DNA of 64,000 nt from Polyangia bacterium (GTDB lineage Bacteria; Myxococcota_A; Polyangia; Fen-1088): NCBI GenBank assembly GCA_045802645.1, contig JBJMQQ010000131.1, positions 2,050-66,049 of the forward strand. Reading direction: 5' to 3'. Each line of letters opens with the position of its first letter. The stretch's first letter is position 1. Below the pieces are notes generated by a model. That model saw only the letters and a program-made list of their open reading frames with translations. It was not told the origin of the DNA and made no database searches. This document shows positions 1 to 9,424 of the stretch, piece by piece. Made by a program: the position numbers and the translations under genes.

Positions 1-1107
<1,107 letters not shown>

Positions 1108-1146
1108 ACCTGGGGATAAGTTGCGCTCCGTCGAGGAGGGCTCCCC

Positions 1147-1587
1147 ATGCGACCCATCGTCAAAGGAATCGGAACCCTGGCCTTGTTCTCGCTGCTGGCG
1201 CTCGGCTGCGCCGAGACGAGCGAGGGCGGTCAAAACGTTCGGGTCGTGAAGAACCCGGAGACCGCGTCGGAAAAGGGCGGCATCTCACCGGACAAGCAGG
1301 CCGAGGTTCAGCTGCTGTTGCAGCAACGCGATCCCTCGACGCTGCGGTGCTACCAGGACGTGCTGGACGAGAAGCACGACCGCGCGTTCAAGGGCACCGT
1401 CATCGTGCTGTTGTCGCTGGAGCCGAGCGGTGAGACGGCCAAGGGAAGCGCGAAGGTCATCGGTGGAACGTTGAACAACAAAGAGGTCAGCGACTGCTTG
1501 ATCTCGAAGCTCAACGAGTTCGAGTACCCGAAGATCGAGCAGGCCGGCACGATGCAGTACGTCTACCGCTTCGAACCGGCATATTGA
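1147..1587 (+). CDS. lipoprotein with AgmX/PglI-type (TonB-C-like) C-terminal domain
   Basis: Signal peptide with lipobox LLALGC. The C-terminal pattern RCYQDVL...KGTVIVLLSLEPSGE...VSDCLISKLNEFEYPK...YVYRFEP fits the recalled AgmX/PglI C-terminal domain. Confidence 0.6.
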   Translation: MRPIVKGIGTLALFSLLALGCAETSEGGQNVRVVKNPETASEKGGISPDKQAEVQLLLQQRDPSTLRCYQDVLDEKHDRAFKGTVIVLLSLEPSGETAKGSAKVIGGTLNNKEVSDCLISKLNEFEYPKIEQAGTMQYVYRFEPAY

Positions 1588-1621
1588 GCTAGTTCCTCGA
1601 CGTGGGGGGCGCAGGCCCCGG

Positions 1622-1646
1622 GGTTGCGCAATTACGCGGCGCAACC
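1622..1646 (+). terminator. stem-loop GGTTGCGC-N9-GCGCAACC downstream of the 1147-1587 gene
   Basis: Perfect 8-bp inverted repeat seen in the sequence, 35 nt after the stop codon. No U-tract follows. Confidence 0.35.
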
Positions 1647-1745
1647 ACATTCGGCTTGCTGAGGGTTCTCCCGAGGGAGCTGAAGGAACTTCCCGGGCTG
1701 CCGATTGTCTGAAGGTAGCCCGTTTTGGACCGCCCTAACGCGTCG

Positions 1746-2531
1746 ATGAAGTACGTCCCGTTTGCCCTGCTTGTCGTCCTGCTGAGCCCCGCCTGCGGCG
1801 GTGACAAGGCGGCGCGTCGCGGCGGAGGCGGTCCCGAATTTGCGATGAAGCGGCCCAAGCCGACACGCAAGTCGGACGATCCGTACAAGAACATGACGCT
1901 CGAGAACGAAGTGGGCGTCATGGATACGGACGACGTCGAGGCGACGATCCAGGAACACTTCGACGACGTGCGTGGTTGCTACGCGCGCGCCGGCAAGGCC
2001 CAGAAGTACGCGGAGGGCAAGGTGCTGCTGCGTTTCCTGGTCGGTGGCGACGGCCAGGCGCAGGACGTCTGGGTCCTGGAAACCACGCTGGGCAACTACG
2101 AGGTCGAGCGCTGCCTGGTCGAGGTGGGCCGGCACATCCATTTCAACGCGCCGGGCGGCAACAAACCGGCGACCTTCGAGTACCCGGTCGAGTTTCGCTC
2201 GTCGAGCGGGGTCGAGGTGCTGGACATCGACGGCCCGAAGGTCGACCGCGACCTTGCCAGCCTGATGCCGCAGCTGGCCGCCTGCGGCCGCGTCGCCGAC
2301 GCGCAGGTCAACGCCATCGTTTACGTGGAGCCGAACGGGCTGGCGGGCTCCGTCGGGTTGGCGACGGCGGCGGCCGTCGACGAGGACGCGGGCGACTGCG
2401 TCGTGCAGACCATTCGCGCGTTCCGCATGTCGATCGGCCTGCCCGGACACGTCGTCCGCACGAACCTGCGCATTCCCGCCACGCTCGCGACGGCGGAAGT
2501 CTCACACCGGCTGCATCACCGGCACCACTGA
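1746..2531 (+). CDS. exported protein with two AgmX/PglI-type C-terminal-like repeats
   Basis: ATG at 1746 (MKYVPFALLVVLLSPACGG) gives a signal peptide or lipobox. Two copies of the C...C domain pattern are present (VRGCYARAGK...VERCLVEVGRHIHFNAP...FEYPVEF and LAACGRV...AGDCVVQTIRAF). Confidence 0.6.
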   Translation: MKYVPFALLVVLLSPACGGDKAARRGGGGPEFAMKRPKPTRKSDDPYKNMTLENEVGVMDTDDVEATIQEHFDDVRGCYARAGKAQKYAEGKVLLRFLVGGDGQAQDVWVLETTLGNYEVERCLVEVGRHIHFNAPGGNKPATFEYPVEFRSSSGVEVLDIDGPKVDRDLASLMPQLAACGRVADAQVNAIVYVEPNGLAGSVGLATAAAVDEDAGDCVVQTIRAFRMSIGLPGHVVRTNLRIPATLATAEVSHRLHHRHH

Positions 2532-2538
2532 GACACGT

Positions 2539-3993
2539 CTACTGGCGCGACGCCGTGAGCTTCGAGTGCTTGCGGCCGTAGAGGAAGTAGATCGCGAGGC
2601 CGATCGCCATCCAGCCGAAGAGGCGGATGAGCGTGCTGGAGGTCTCCTGCAGCATCAGATACAGCGACGTGCCGGCGCCGCAGAGCGGCACCAGGTACGT
2701 CCCGCCGGGGACGCGGAAACCGCGCGTGATGTCGGGGCGGCGGCGGCGCAGGATCATCACGCCCAGGCTGACCAGCACGAACGCGAACAACGTTCCGACC
2801 GACGTCAGCTGGCTGAGAACGCCCACCGGTAGGAGGCCACCCGCCAGCGCCACGACGACGCCCGTGATGATCGTGGTGACCCACGGCGTCCCGAAGCGCG
2901 GGTGTACGCGCGCCGCGCCCGGCGGCAGCAAGCCGTCGTGCGCCATCGAAAAGAAGATGCGCGGCTGCCCCATCATCATCACCAGCATCACCGACGACAG
3001 GCCCGCGATGGCGCCGATCTCGACCAGCGTCTCCAGCCAGCGCTGGCCGGTCGCCTCGACGCCCAGCGCGATCGGGTGCGGAACCCCGAGCTGCTGATAC
3101 GGGACGAGGCCGGTCAACACCAGCGACACCGCGACGTAAAGCACCGTGCAGACCGCCAGCGACCCCAGGATGCCGCGCGGCAGGTCGCGCTGCGGGTTGC
3201 GCGTCTCCTGCGCCGCCGTCGAGACCGCGTCGAAGCCGATGTACGCGAAGAAGACGCGAGCGGCGCCGCGCATGACGCCCGACATGCCGAAGTGGCCGGG
3301 CGCCTCTTCTTTCGGGATGAACGGGTGCCAGTACTCGGGGTGCACGTAGCGCGCGCAGAAGGCGATGAACATCAGCACCACCGTGACCTTGATGGTCACG
3401 ATGACGGAGTTGAAGCGCGCCGACTCCTTGATGCCGATGACCAGCACGACGGTGACCAGCGCGGTGATCAACATCGCCGGGATGTTCAACACGGCCCCCG
3501 TCGCGTGGAACTGGCGCGCGACCTCGTCATAGACGAACGGGGCGCTGGTCCAGGTCTTGGGCAGCGTGATCCCAAGGACGTCGTGCACGAACGCGACGGC
3601 GTAACCGGACCAGCCGACGCTGACCGCCGCCGAGGCGACCATGTACTCGAGGATCAAATCCCAGCCGATGATCCAGGCGATGAGCTCGCCCATCGTCGCG
3701 TACGAATAGGTGTACGCGCTGCCGGCGACGGGGATCATGGACGCCATCTCGGCGTAGCAGAGCCCCGCGAACCCGGAGGCGATGCCGGCCACGATGAACG
3801 AGAGCACCACGGCCGGTCCCGCATTGTCGGCGGCGGCCTGTCCCGTCAGCACGAAGATGCCGGTGCCGATGATCGCGCCGATGCCCAGCAGCACCAGGTC
3901 CATCGACCCCAGCGCGCGCTTGAGACCGTGTTCGCCGGCGGCGTCGGCGCGCAGGGCGTCGACCGACTTGGTCGCGAACAGCCGGCTAGCCAT
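2539..3993 (-). CDS. APC-family amino acid permease
   Basis: 484 aa and multi-pass hydrophobic. The N-terminus LKRALGSMDLVLLGIGAIIGTGIFVLTG is typical of APC/cationic amino acid transporters. Confidence 0.85.
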   Translation of the reverse strand: MASRLFATKSVDALRADAAGEHGLKRALGSMDLVLLGIGAIIGTGIFVLTGQAAADNAGPAVVLSFIVAGIASGFAGLCYAEMASMIPVAGSAYTYSYATMGELIAWIIGWDLILEYMVASAAVSVGWSGYAVAFVHDVLGITLPKTWTSAPFVYDEVARQFHATGAVLNIPAMLITALVTVVLVIGIKESARFNSVIVTIKVTVVLMFIAFCARYVHPEYWHPFIPKEEAPGHFGMSGVMRGAARVFFAYIGFDAVSTAAQETRNPQRDLPRGILGSLAVCTVLYVAVSLVLTGLVPYQQLGVPHPIALGVEATGQRWLETLVEIGAIAGLSSVMLVMMMGQPRIFFSMAHDGLLPPGAARVHPRFGTPWVTTIITGVVVALAGGLLPVGVLSQLTSVGTLFAFVLVSLGVMILRRRRPDITRGFRVPGGTYLVPLCGAGTSLYLMLQETSSTLIRLFGWMAIGLAIYFLYGRKHSKLTASRQ

Positions 3994-4888
3994 TGCCGCC
4001 GGTCCCCCCGGGCACGGCCGGTTTCACCGCGCTCGCTGATCTCGCCGAGTTCAACATGGCCAGCGCAGTGTAGACCACGACGACCACGACCAGCCATTTG
4101 ACCGCAGCCAGCGGCAAAGATTTGATCCACATGCCGGCAATGATCACGGCGGGGGTTCCGCCCACGGTCAGGCCCAGGGCGGCCGGGAGATCGTAGCGGC
4201 CCGACCGCACGAAGCGGACGGAAGCGGCCGGCATCAGGAACGCGCAGGAGCCCATCATGATCGGAAACGCCGCCGTCTCGTTCATCCCCAGGAGCGCGAT
4301 CAGGATCATGCAGGGGGCGAAGAGGCCGATGCCCAGCGTCATCAGCGCGCCCAGCAGCGCGTTGCCGGCGACGGCGACGGCCAGACGCCCGCCCGAAAGG
4401 CCCAGCGCCTCACCGCCGCCCGGCCACAGCTTGGCGGCGCGCGCAGCCATGATGCCGGCGGCGAGGATCAGCAGCACGCCCATGCCCAGCTGGATTCGGC
4501 GCCGCGGCCAGCGGGACACGACGCCGGCGCCCAGCCACGCGCCCAGCGTGGCCGCCGCCACCATCGCCGCCAGCGTGGTCATGTCGACCTCGACGACCAG
4601 GATGAAGATGAAGGCCTCCGCGAACGTCGGGATCATGTGCCCCACGTTCAGCGTGCCGGGGATGTTCTCGTCGGCGACCGCGTGTCCCAGCTTGTAAAGC
4701 GACGTCGTCGTCGCGAACGACCCGATGCCCAAGGTGTCGAAGAAATTCGTGACGAAGCCAATCGCGATCTGGCCCGGTGTCGGGCGGGCGCGCGTGCCGC
4801 CCACACGCGGCTGGCGCGCCCAGATCGCGATGAACCCAATCCCCATCGCGGCGAGCACCCCGAACAGCAGCGCCTTGGCGGACGGCAA
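3986..4888 (-). CDS. integral membrane protein, TauE/SafE (DUF81)-like anion exporter
   Basis: 300 aa with about 8 hydrophobic helices. It overlaps the downstream permease start by 8 nt. Family assignment is from overall architecture only. Confidence 0.55.
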   Translation of the reverse strand: MPSAKALLFGVLAAMGIGFIAIWARQPRVGGTRARPTPGQIAIGFVTNFFDTLGIGSFATTTSLYKLGHAVADENIPGTLNVGHMIPTFAEAFIFILVVEVDMTTLAAMVAAATLGAWLGAGVVSRWPRRRIQLGMGVLLILAAGIMAARAAKLWPGGGEALGLSGGRLAVAVAGNALLGALMTLGIGLFAPCMILIALLGMNETAAFPIMMGSCAFLMPAASVRFVRSGRYDLPAALGLTVGGTPAVIIAGMWIKSLPLAAVKWLVVVVVVYTALAMLNSARSASAVKPAVPGGTGGNG

Positions 4889-4953
4889 GACGCCACTGTA
4901 AACCGCCCGCCCGACGGGCGCTATCGCGTGTCCAGGGTTCCGGTCAGCTCACG

Positions 4954-6057
4954 TCACTGCGTCGTCACGGGCGGCGGCGGGCAAATGATGGCGTCGCTGG
5001 CGCCGGCCGCGACGATGCCGCCCGTTCCCCCGATGCACCGCGAGATGCAGGTGAACGTGGTCGTGTTGCACAGGTACCCCGTCGGGCAGACGCAGGAGAC
5101 CTTCTGGTCGCAGTTGTTGACGACGGAGGTGCCGCAAGACACACCCGCCGCCGCGCAGGCGTCGGCGTCACTCTGATTGCAGACGCAGGCCCCGGTCGAA
5201 TCGCAGACCTCGTTCGGGTTGGTGCATTTGCAGCCGCCGGAGCCGCCCGAGCCGTTGAGGCCGCCCGTGCCCTGGATGCCGCCGGTCCCGTTGAGGCCGC
5301 CGGTACCCAGGACACCGCCCGAGCCGAGCACGCCGCCCGTGCCGACGGTGCCGCCCGTTCCCTTGACGCCGCCGGTCCCGATCGTCCCGCCCGTCGACGC
5401 CACGCCGCCGGTGCCCAGGGTGCCGCCGGTCCCGACCACGCCGCCGGTGCCGTTGAGACCGCCTGTCCCGACGGTGCCGCCGCCGTGTCCGCCCGCCGGC
5501 ATGCCGCCCGAGCCCAGCGTGCCGCCCTGCCCGACGCCGCCGGTCCCCAGGCTGCCGCCGCGTCCGCCGGTGGCGTTGCTGCCGCCCGCGCCTTGCGTGC
5601 CGCCGCTGCCCCGCGTACCACCGGTGCCAGGGCTGCCGCCGTCGCCGGTCGTGCCGCCGTCCACGATCGGGACGCACGGCTGGAGAGGCTGAATGATCAG
5701 CGTGAGCCCTTGCACCGTGTTACCGGGGCTGACGTTGCTCACGGCCAACGAACCGATACCGACCTTGCAGTTCTGCGCGGGATCGTCGACCTCGGCGGTC
5801 AACGTGACCATCCCCGAAATGTCGGACGGCAGGTACACGCCCGCGCGGTACGCCTTCGCGCTGTCGAAGTGGATCTTGTCGAACCGCGTCTGCTGTTGAA
5901 GGCCGGCGCGCACCAGCAGGGTTACGTCCGTGAACGCGATGCTGCCGTTCGCCGACTTCACGTCCATGACGACCAGCGAGCGCTCGCCGCACGAAACGAT
6001 GACGAACGCGGCCACCGCCGCAAGAACACAAAGATTGGTGAAGCGCTTCAGTGACAT
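4954..6057 (-). CDS. lipoprotein with N-terminal beta-rich domain, long GTGGxx repeat region and Cys-rich C-terminal domain
   Basis: Internal ATG at 6057 gives MSLKRFTNLCVLAAVAAFVIVSCG (lipobox). About 140 aa of Gly-rich hexamer repeats are followed by about 16 Cys (GGCKCTNPNEVCDSTGACVCNQ...). Confidence 0.65.
   Translation of the reverse strand: MSLKRFTNLCVLAAVAAFVIVSCGERSLVVMDVKSANGSIAFTDVTLLVRAGLQQQTRFDKIHFDSAKAYRAGVYLPSDISGMVTLTAEVDDPAQNCKVGIGSLAVSNVSPGNTVQGLTLIIQPLQPCVPIVDGGTTGDGGSPGTGGTRGSGGTQGAGGSNATGGRGGSLGTGGVGQGGTLGSGGMPAGGHGGGTVGTGGLNGTGGVVGTGGTLGTGGVASTGGTIGTGGVKGTGGTVGTGGVLGSGGVLGTGGLNGTGGIQGTGGLNGSGGSGGCKCTNPNEVCDSTGACVCNQSDADACAAAGVSCGTSVVNNCDQKVSCVCPTGYLCNTTTFTCISRCIGGTGGIVAAGASDAIICPPPPVTTQ
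5226..5665 (-). repeat. coding tandem repeat (18-nt unit, GTGGxx hexapeptides)
   Basis: The plus strand shows reiterated ccgccggtgcc/ccgcccgtgcc units. The translation is GTGGLNGTGGVVGTGGTLGTGGVASTGGTIGTGGVK... Confidence 0.85.
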
Positions 6058-6716
6058 GTCGCCATCTCCGGGCACGCGGGATCGTGCGGGGACGCCACGA
6101 TCGCGATGACGATGCCGGTCGCCACCGCGGCGCCGACGGCCGTCCAGAACCACCACTTATAGTAGAACGGCTTGGCCTCATCGGAGGCGGGGGGGCTGCT
6201 GTTTTCGACAAGTGGCGTCGGGGCGGATGTGGGATTTGTCGCCTCCAGCCCCACCGGGGTCGTGGCGCCAACGCCCGTGGCGGGCGGCGGCGACGGAGGC
6301 GGCGCGGCCCGCGGTAACGGCGTGACGGGCGGTGGCGGGGCGGCCGGCGGCTCGGAGGTGGTGGACTTCGACGCTTCGTCCAGGTCACGGATGTGCTTTT
6401 CCGCGATGGCGCGGCTGGGCGCGCTTGGCGCCGCATCGTTCAGAAAGCGACGGTAGAACTTGATCGCCTCGGCCGCGTGCCCCATCAGGCGGTGGCACTG
6501 GGCGATGTTGAACAGGAAGCTCGCGTCCGGCTTGGACAGGTAAGCCTGCTCGTATTCGCCGATCGCGTTCGGGTACTTCTCGAGCTTGTAGTACGCGTCG
6601 GCTTGTCGCGAGTGTTCGCGGGCGGCCTCCGTGCGCGCATCGGCCGCGCCCGCCGGCGCGCTGGTGGCCGCGAGGACCGCCAGGACGACGACACTCACGA
6701 CGAATGGTCTTTGCAC
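6048..6716 (-). CDS. secreted TPR-like protein with Pro-rich linker and C-terminal TM anchor
   Basis: Signal peptide MQRPFVVSVVVLAVLAATSAPAGAA. TPR-like YYKLEKYPNAIGEYEQAY...AQCHRLMGHAAEAIKFYRRFL. A PPPP linker is followed by the WWFWTAVGAAVATGIVIAIV helix. Its stop overlaps the next gene's start by 10 nt. Confidence 0.65.
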   Translation of the reverse strand: MQRPFVVSVVVLAVLAATSAPAGAADARTEAAREHSRQADAYYKLEKYPNAIGEYEQAYLSKPDASFLFNIAQCHRLMGHAAEAIKFYRRFLNDAAPSAPSRAIAEKHIRDLDEASKSTTSEPPAAPPPPVTPLPRAAPPPSPPPATGVGATTPVGLEATNPTSAPTPLVENSSPPASDEAKPFYYKWWFWTAVGAAVATGIVIAIVASPHDPACPEMATCH

Positions 6717-6773
6717 TGGGGCGATCGTAAGGAGCTTGCCCGCCCGAAGTCAATCAAGCGCTAAACTGCGCCC

Positions 6774-8102
6774 TTGATGCGCGGGGCGGAGGCGCAGGCG
6801 ATTGCAGACGGAACGCGCGAGCGGCAGCGCGTGCTGCTGCTGTGCGCGGGCGCGGTGCTGATCCTCGCGCCGACGGATCCGCTCTCGCTGGGCCGCTTTT
6901 CGTGGCGGCCCCTGGCGGTGCGCGTCGCGTGGTCGCTGTTCATCGCGATCACCGCGGTCAGCCTGCGCGGGGCGGACGCCAAGCGGACGCGCGACATGAT
7001 GCTGGCGCTGGCGGTGCTGTCGGCGGCGCTCTGCACGGCGCTGGCGGCGCTGACGGGCGGCACGGCCAGCTCGTTGTTCCAGGTGATGCTGGCGCTGCCG
7101 GTCGTGATCGCGCTGGTGATCCAGGACCAGCCCAGCGCCACCATCGCTGCCGGGATCACGCTGCTGGGCGGGGGAATGGGGATCCTGGTCGCGACCGGCG
7201 CCACCCTGATCGCGTGCTGGAACTGGACGGCGCAGGCCGTGGTCTTCACGTCGGTCGCCGCGTATGCGTCGGGCGTTTACGGGCGCCTACACGCGCGCGA
7301 GGCGGCGCTGCGACGGGCCACCGCCGAAGCCGCCGCCCGCGCCCGCGCCTCCGAGGCGGCCATCGCCGCGCGTGACGAGTTTCTGGCCATCGCCGCCCAC
7401 GAGCTGCGCACGCCGCTGACGTCGATGCTGCTGCAGATCGAGGCGGTCGAGCGCGGGCTGACGACCGGCAGCGGCCCCGTCAGCGAGCACATCGGCATCG
7501 TCGGCCTGGGGCGCCAGGCGCGGCGGCTCTCCGGGCTCATCGACGGCATGCTGGACGTCACCCGCCTGACTGCCGGCCGGTTGGAGCTGGTGTTCGAGAA
7601 GGTGGACCTGGCGACGCTGGTGCGCGACGCCGCGCAGCGCTTCACCGCCGACGCGACAGCCGCCAAGTGCACCGTGAAGCTCGACGTCCCGGAGCCGCTG
7701 ATCGGCACCTGGGACGAAGCGCGCCTGGACCAGATCGTGACGAACCTGGTGGGCAACGCCATCAAGTACGGGGCCGGCGGCGTCATCGAGATCGAGGGGC
7801 GCAGCGAAGGCGACAGCGTGCGGTTGACCGTCCGCGATCACGGGATCGGCATCTCCGCCACCGACCAGCAGCGCATCTTTCACCGCTTCGAGCGGGCCAG
7901 CGGCCAGCGCCAGCATCCGGGCCTGGGCCTGGGCCTGTGGATCACCAGCGAGCTGTGCAAGGCGCTGGGCGGGCGCATCACGGTCGCCAGCGCGCTGGGC
8001 GCGGGCGCGGCCTTCACCATCACGCTGCCGCGCGCCTCACCCCAGTCTCAGGCCGCCCCAAAGTCGCGGGTGCCAGCGGTCACCCCGTACGGCGGACGTT
8101 GA
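6774..8102 (+). CDS. membrane sensor histidine kinase
   Basis: N-terminal multi-TM region. H-box AAHELRTPLTS. HATPase strings NLVGNAIKYG, DHGIGI and GLGLGLWI. Confidence 0.85.
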   Translation: MMRGAEAQAIADGTRERQRVLLLCAGAVLILAPTDPLSLGRFSWRPLAVRVAWSLFIAITAVSLRGADAKRTRDMMLALAVLSAALCTALAALTGGTASSLFQVMLALPVVIALVIQDQPSATIAAGITLLGGGMGILVATGATLIACWNWTAQAVVFTSVAAYASGVYGRLHAREAALRRATAEAAARARASEAAIAARDEFLAIAAHELRTPLTSMLLQIEAVERGLTTGSGPVSEHIGIVGLGRQARRLSGLIDGMLDVTRLTAGRLELVFEKVDLATLVRDAAQRFTADATAAKCTVKLDVPEPLIGTWDEARLDQIVTNLVGNAIKYGAGGVIEIEGRSEGDSVRLTVRDHGIGISATDQQRIFHRFERASGQRQHPGLGLGLWITSELCKALGGRITVASALGAGAAFTITLPRASPQSQAAPKSRVPAVTPYGGR

Positions 8103-8134
8103 CCCGGGGGGATCATTTGCGATAGTTCGCGACG

Positions 8135-9418
8135 ATGCCGTCGCTGAACCTCGCGAGTTACCCGCTGGAACGTCTGGCCGATCAGGTCGGGACGCCCTTT
8201 TATCTGTACGACGCGGCCGAGCTGCGCCGCCGCCTGGGCGACCTGGCCACGGTGACAGCCGGCGAGCACCTGCAGGCGCGCTACGCGATGAAGGCGAACT
8301 CCAACTGGAAGGTGCTGGAGGCGGTGCGCGCCGCCGGCCTGTGGATCGACGCCGTGAGCGGCAACGAGGTGCTGCGGGCCCGGCGCGCCGGGTTCGCGAT
8401 GGGTGCGACGCCGCCCGTCGTCATGCTGACCGCCGACGTCCTGCGCGACAACGCCCTGACCGTCGTCCTCGAGCACGGCGTGCTTCCCAACGTTGGCTCG
8501 GCGGGCATGATCGACGAGCTGCACGGCGCCGGCTACGCGGGCCCGATCGCCGTCCGCGTGAACCCGGGCTTCGGCCACGGGCACGTCCAGTCGTGCGACA
8601 CGGGCGGCCCCTCGTCGAAGCACGGCATCTGGTACGAGGCGCTGGCCCAGCTGCGCGCGCGCGCGACGGCGGCGAAGCTGCCCATCGTGTCGCTGCACGC
8701 TCACCTGGGCACGGGGCCGCGCATCGAAGAGTTCGACGAGAACCTGCGGCGGTTCGTCGGGATGGCGGCGCCGATGCTGAAGGACTTCCCGACCGTCGAG
8801 GCCGTCAACCTGGGCGGAGGCATCCCGCACCCGTATCGCCCCGGCGCGCCCGTTTACGACTTCGCCGGGTTCCGCAAGCTGCTGGTCGAGGCCGCCGCCG
8901 AGCTGGCGCGCGGCGCGGGGCGGCCGATCCGCGTCGAGATCGAGCCCGGCCGCTACCCGATCGCGGCCGCCGGGTTGTTGGTGGCCCGCGTGAAGGACCT
9001 CAAAGAGACGCAGTCGAACGCCAAGGGTCCGGGCCACAAGTTCATCATGGTGGACGCCGGGTTCAACGACCTCGTGCGCCCGGCGATGTACGGCAGCTAC
9101 CACCACATCTCGATCGTCGGCAGGGGCGAGGGGCGCACGCCCGAGCCCCTGGTCGTCGCCGGCCCGCTGTGCGAGAGCGGCGACGTCTTCACCCGCGACG
9201 ACAAGGAGCTGCTGGACCCGCGCCCCCTGCCCCGCCCGGAGCCCGGCGATCTGCTGGTGCTTCACGACGCCGGCGCGTACGGCTACACGATGTCGTCGAA
9301 CTACGTGTCGATCGGCCGCGTCCCGCAGGTCTTCTGGGACGACGGCCGGGCGACGCTGGTCTCCAGGCGCGAGTCGATCGACGACGTCATGCGCGCCGAG
9401 TGCGACGAGCGTCTGTAG
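8135..9418 (+). CDS. lysA: diaminopimelate decarboxylase (PLP, Orn/DAP/Arg decarboxylase family 2)
   Basis: 427 aa. PLP-lysine motif YAMKANSN. C-terminal GPLCESGD and SSNY strings are typical of DAP decarboxylase. Confidence 0.75.
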   Translation: MPSLNLASYPLERLADQVGTPFYLYDAAELRRRLGDLATVTAGEHLQARYAMKANSNWKVLEAVRAAGLWIDAVSGNEVLRARRAGFAMGATPPVVMLTADVLRDNALTVVLEHGVLPNVGSAGMIDELHGAGYAGPIAVRVNPGFGHGHVQSCDTGGPSSKHGIWYEALAQLRARATAAKLPIVSLHAHLGTGPRIEEFDENLRRFVGMAAPMLKDFPTVEAVNLGGGIPHPYRPGAPVYDFAGFRKLLVEAAAELARGAGRPIRVEIEPGRYPIAAAGLLVARVKDLKETQSNAKGPGHKFIMVDAGFNDLVRPAMYGSYHHISIVGRGEGRTPEPLVVAGPLCESGDVFTRDDKELLDPRPLPRPEPGDLLVLHDAGAYGYTMSSNYVSIGRVPQVFWDDGRATLVSRRESIDDVMRAECDERL

Positions 9419-9424
9419 CCGCAG

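Noticed and set aside
2902-4101. 399-aa plus-strand ORF antisense to the amino acid permease
   Set aside because: Arg/His/Asp-rich low-complexity translation with no motif. The opposite strand encodes a convincing 12-helix transporter.
5226-5665. Considered whether the regular short DNA repeats could be a CRISPR array
   Set aside because: The units are 18 nt, contiguous and without unique spacers. They lie in frame inside a signal-peptide-bearing ORF, so this is a coding tandem repeat. No cas genes are present.
5177-5692. Pro-rich ORF (PPVP repeats), and similar ones at 11646-12116, 19348-19557, 38415-39035 and 40556-40855
   Set aside because: These are the antisense reading of Gly-rich tether or repeat coding regions (GGN codons read as NCC). 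They always coincide with a better-supported lipoprotein gene on the other strand.
8048-9265. 405-aa minus-strand ORF antisense to lysA
   Set aside because: No motifs and an Arg/Ala/Gly bias. The lysA frame carries PLP and CESGD signatures.
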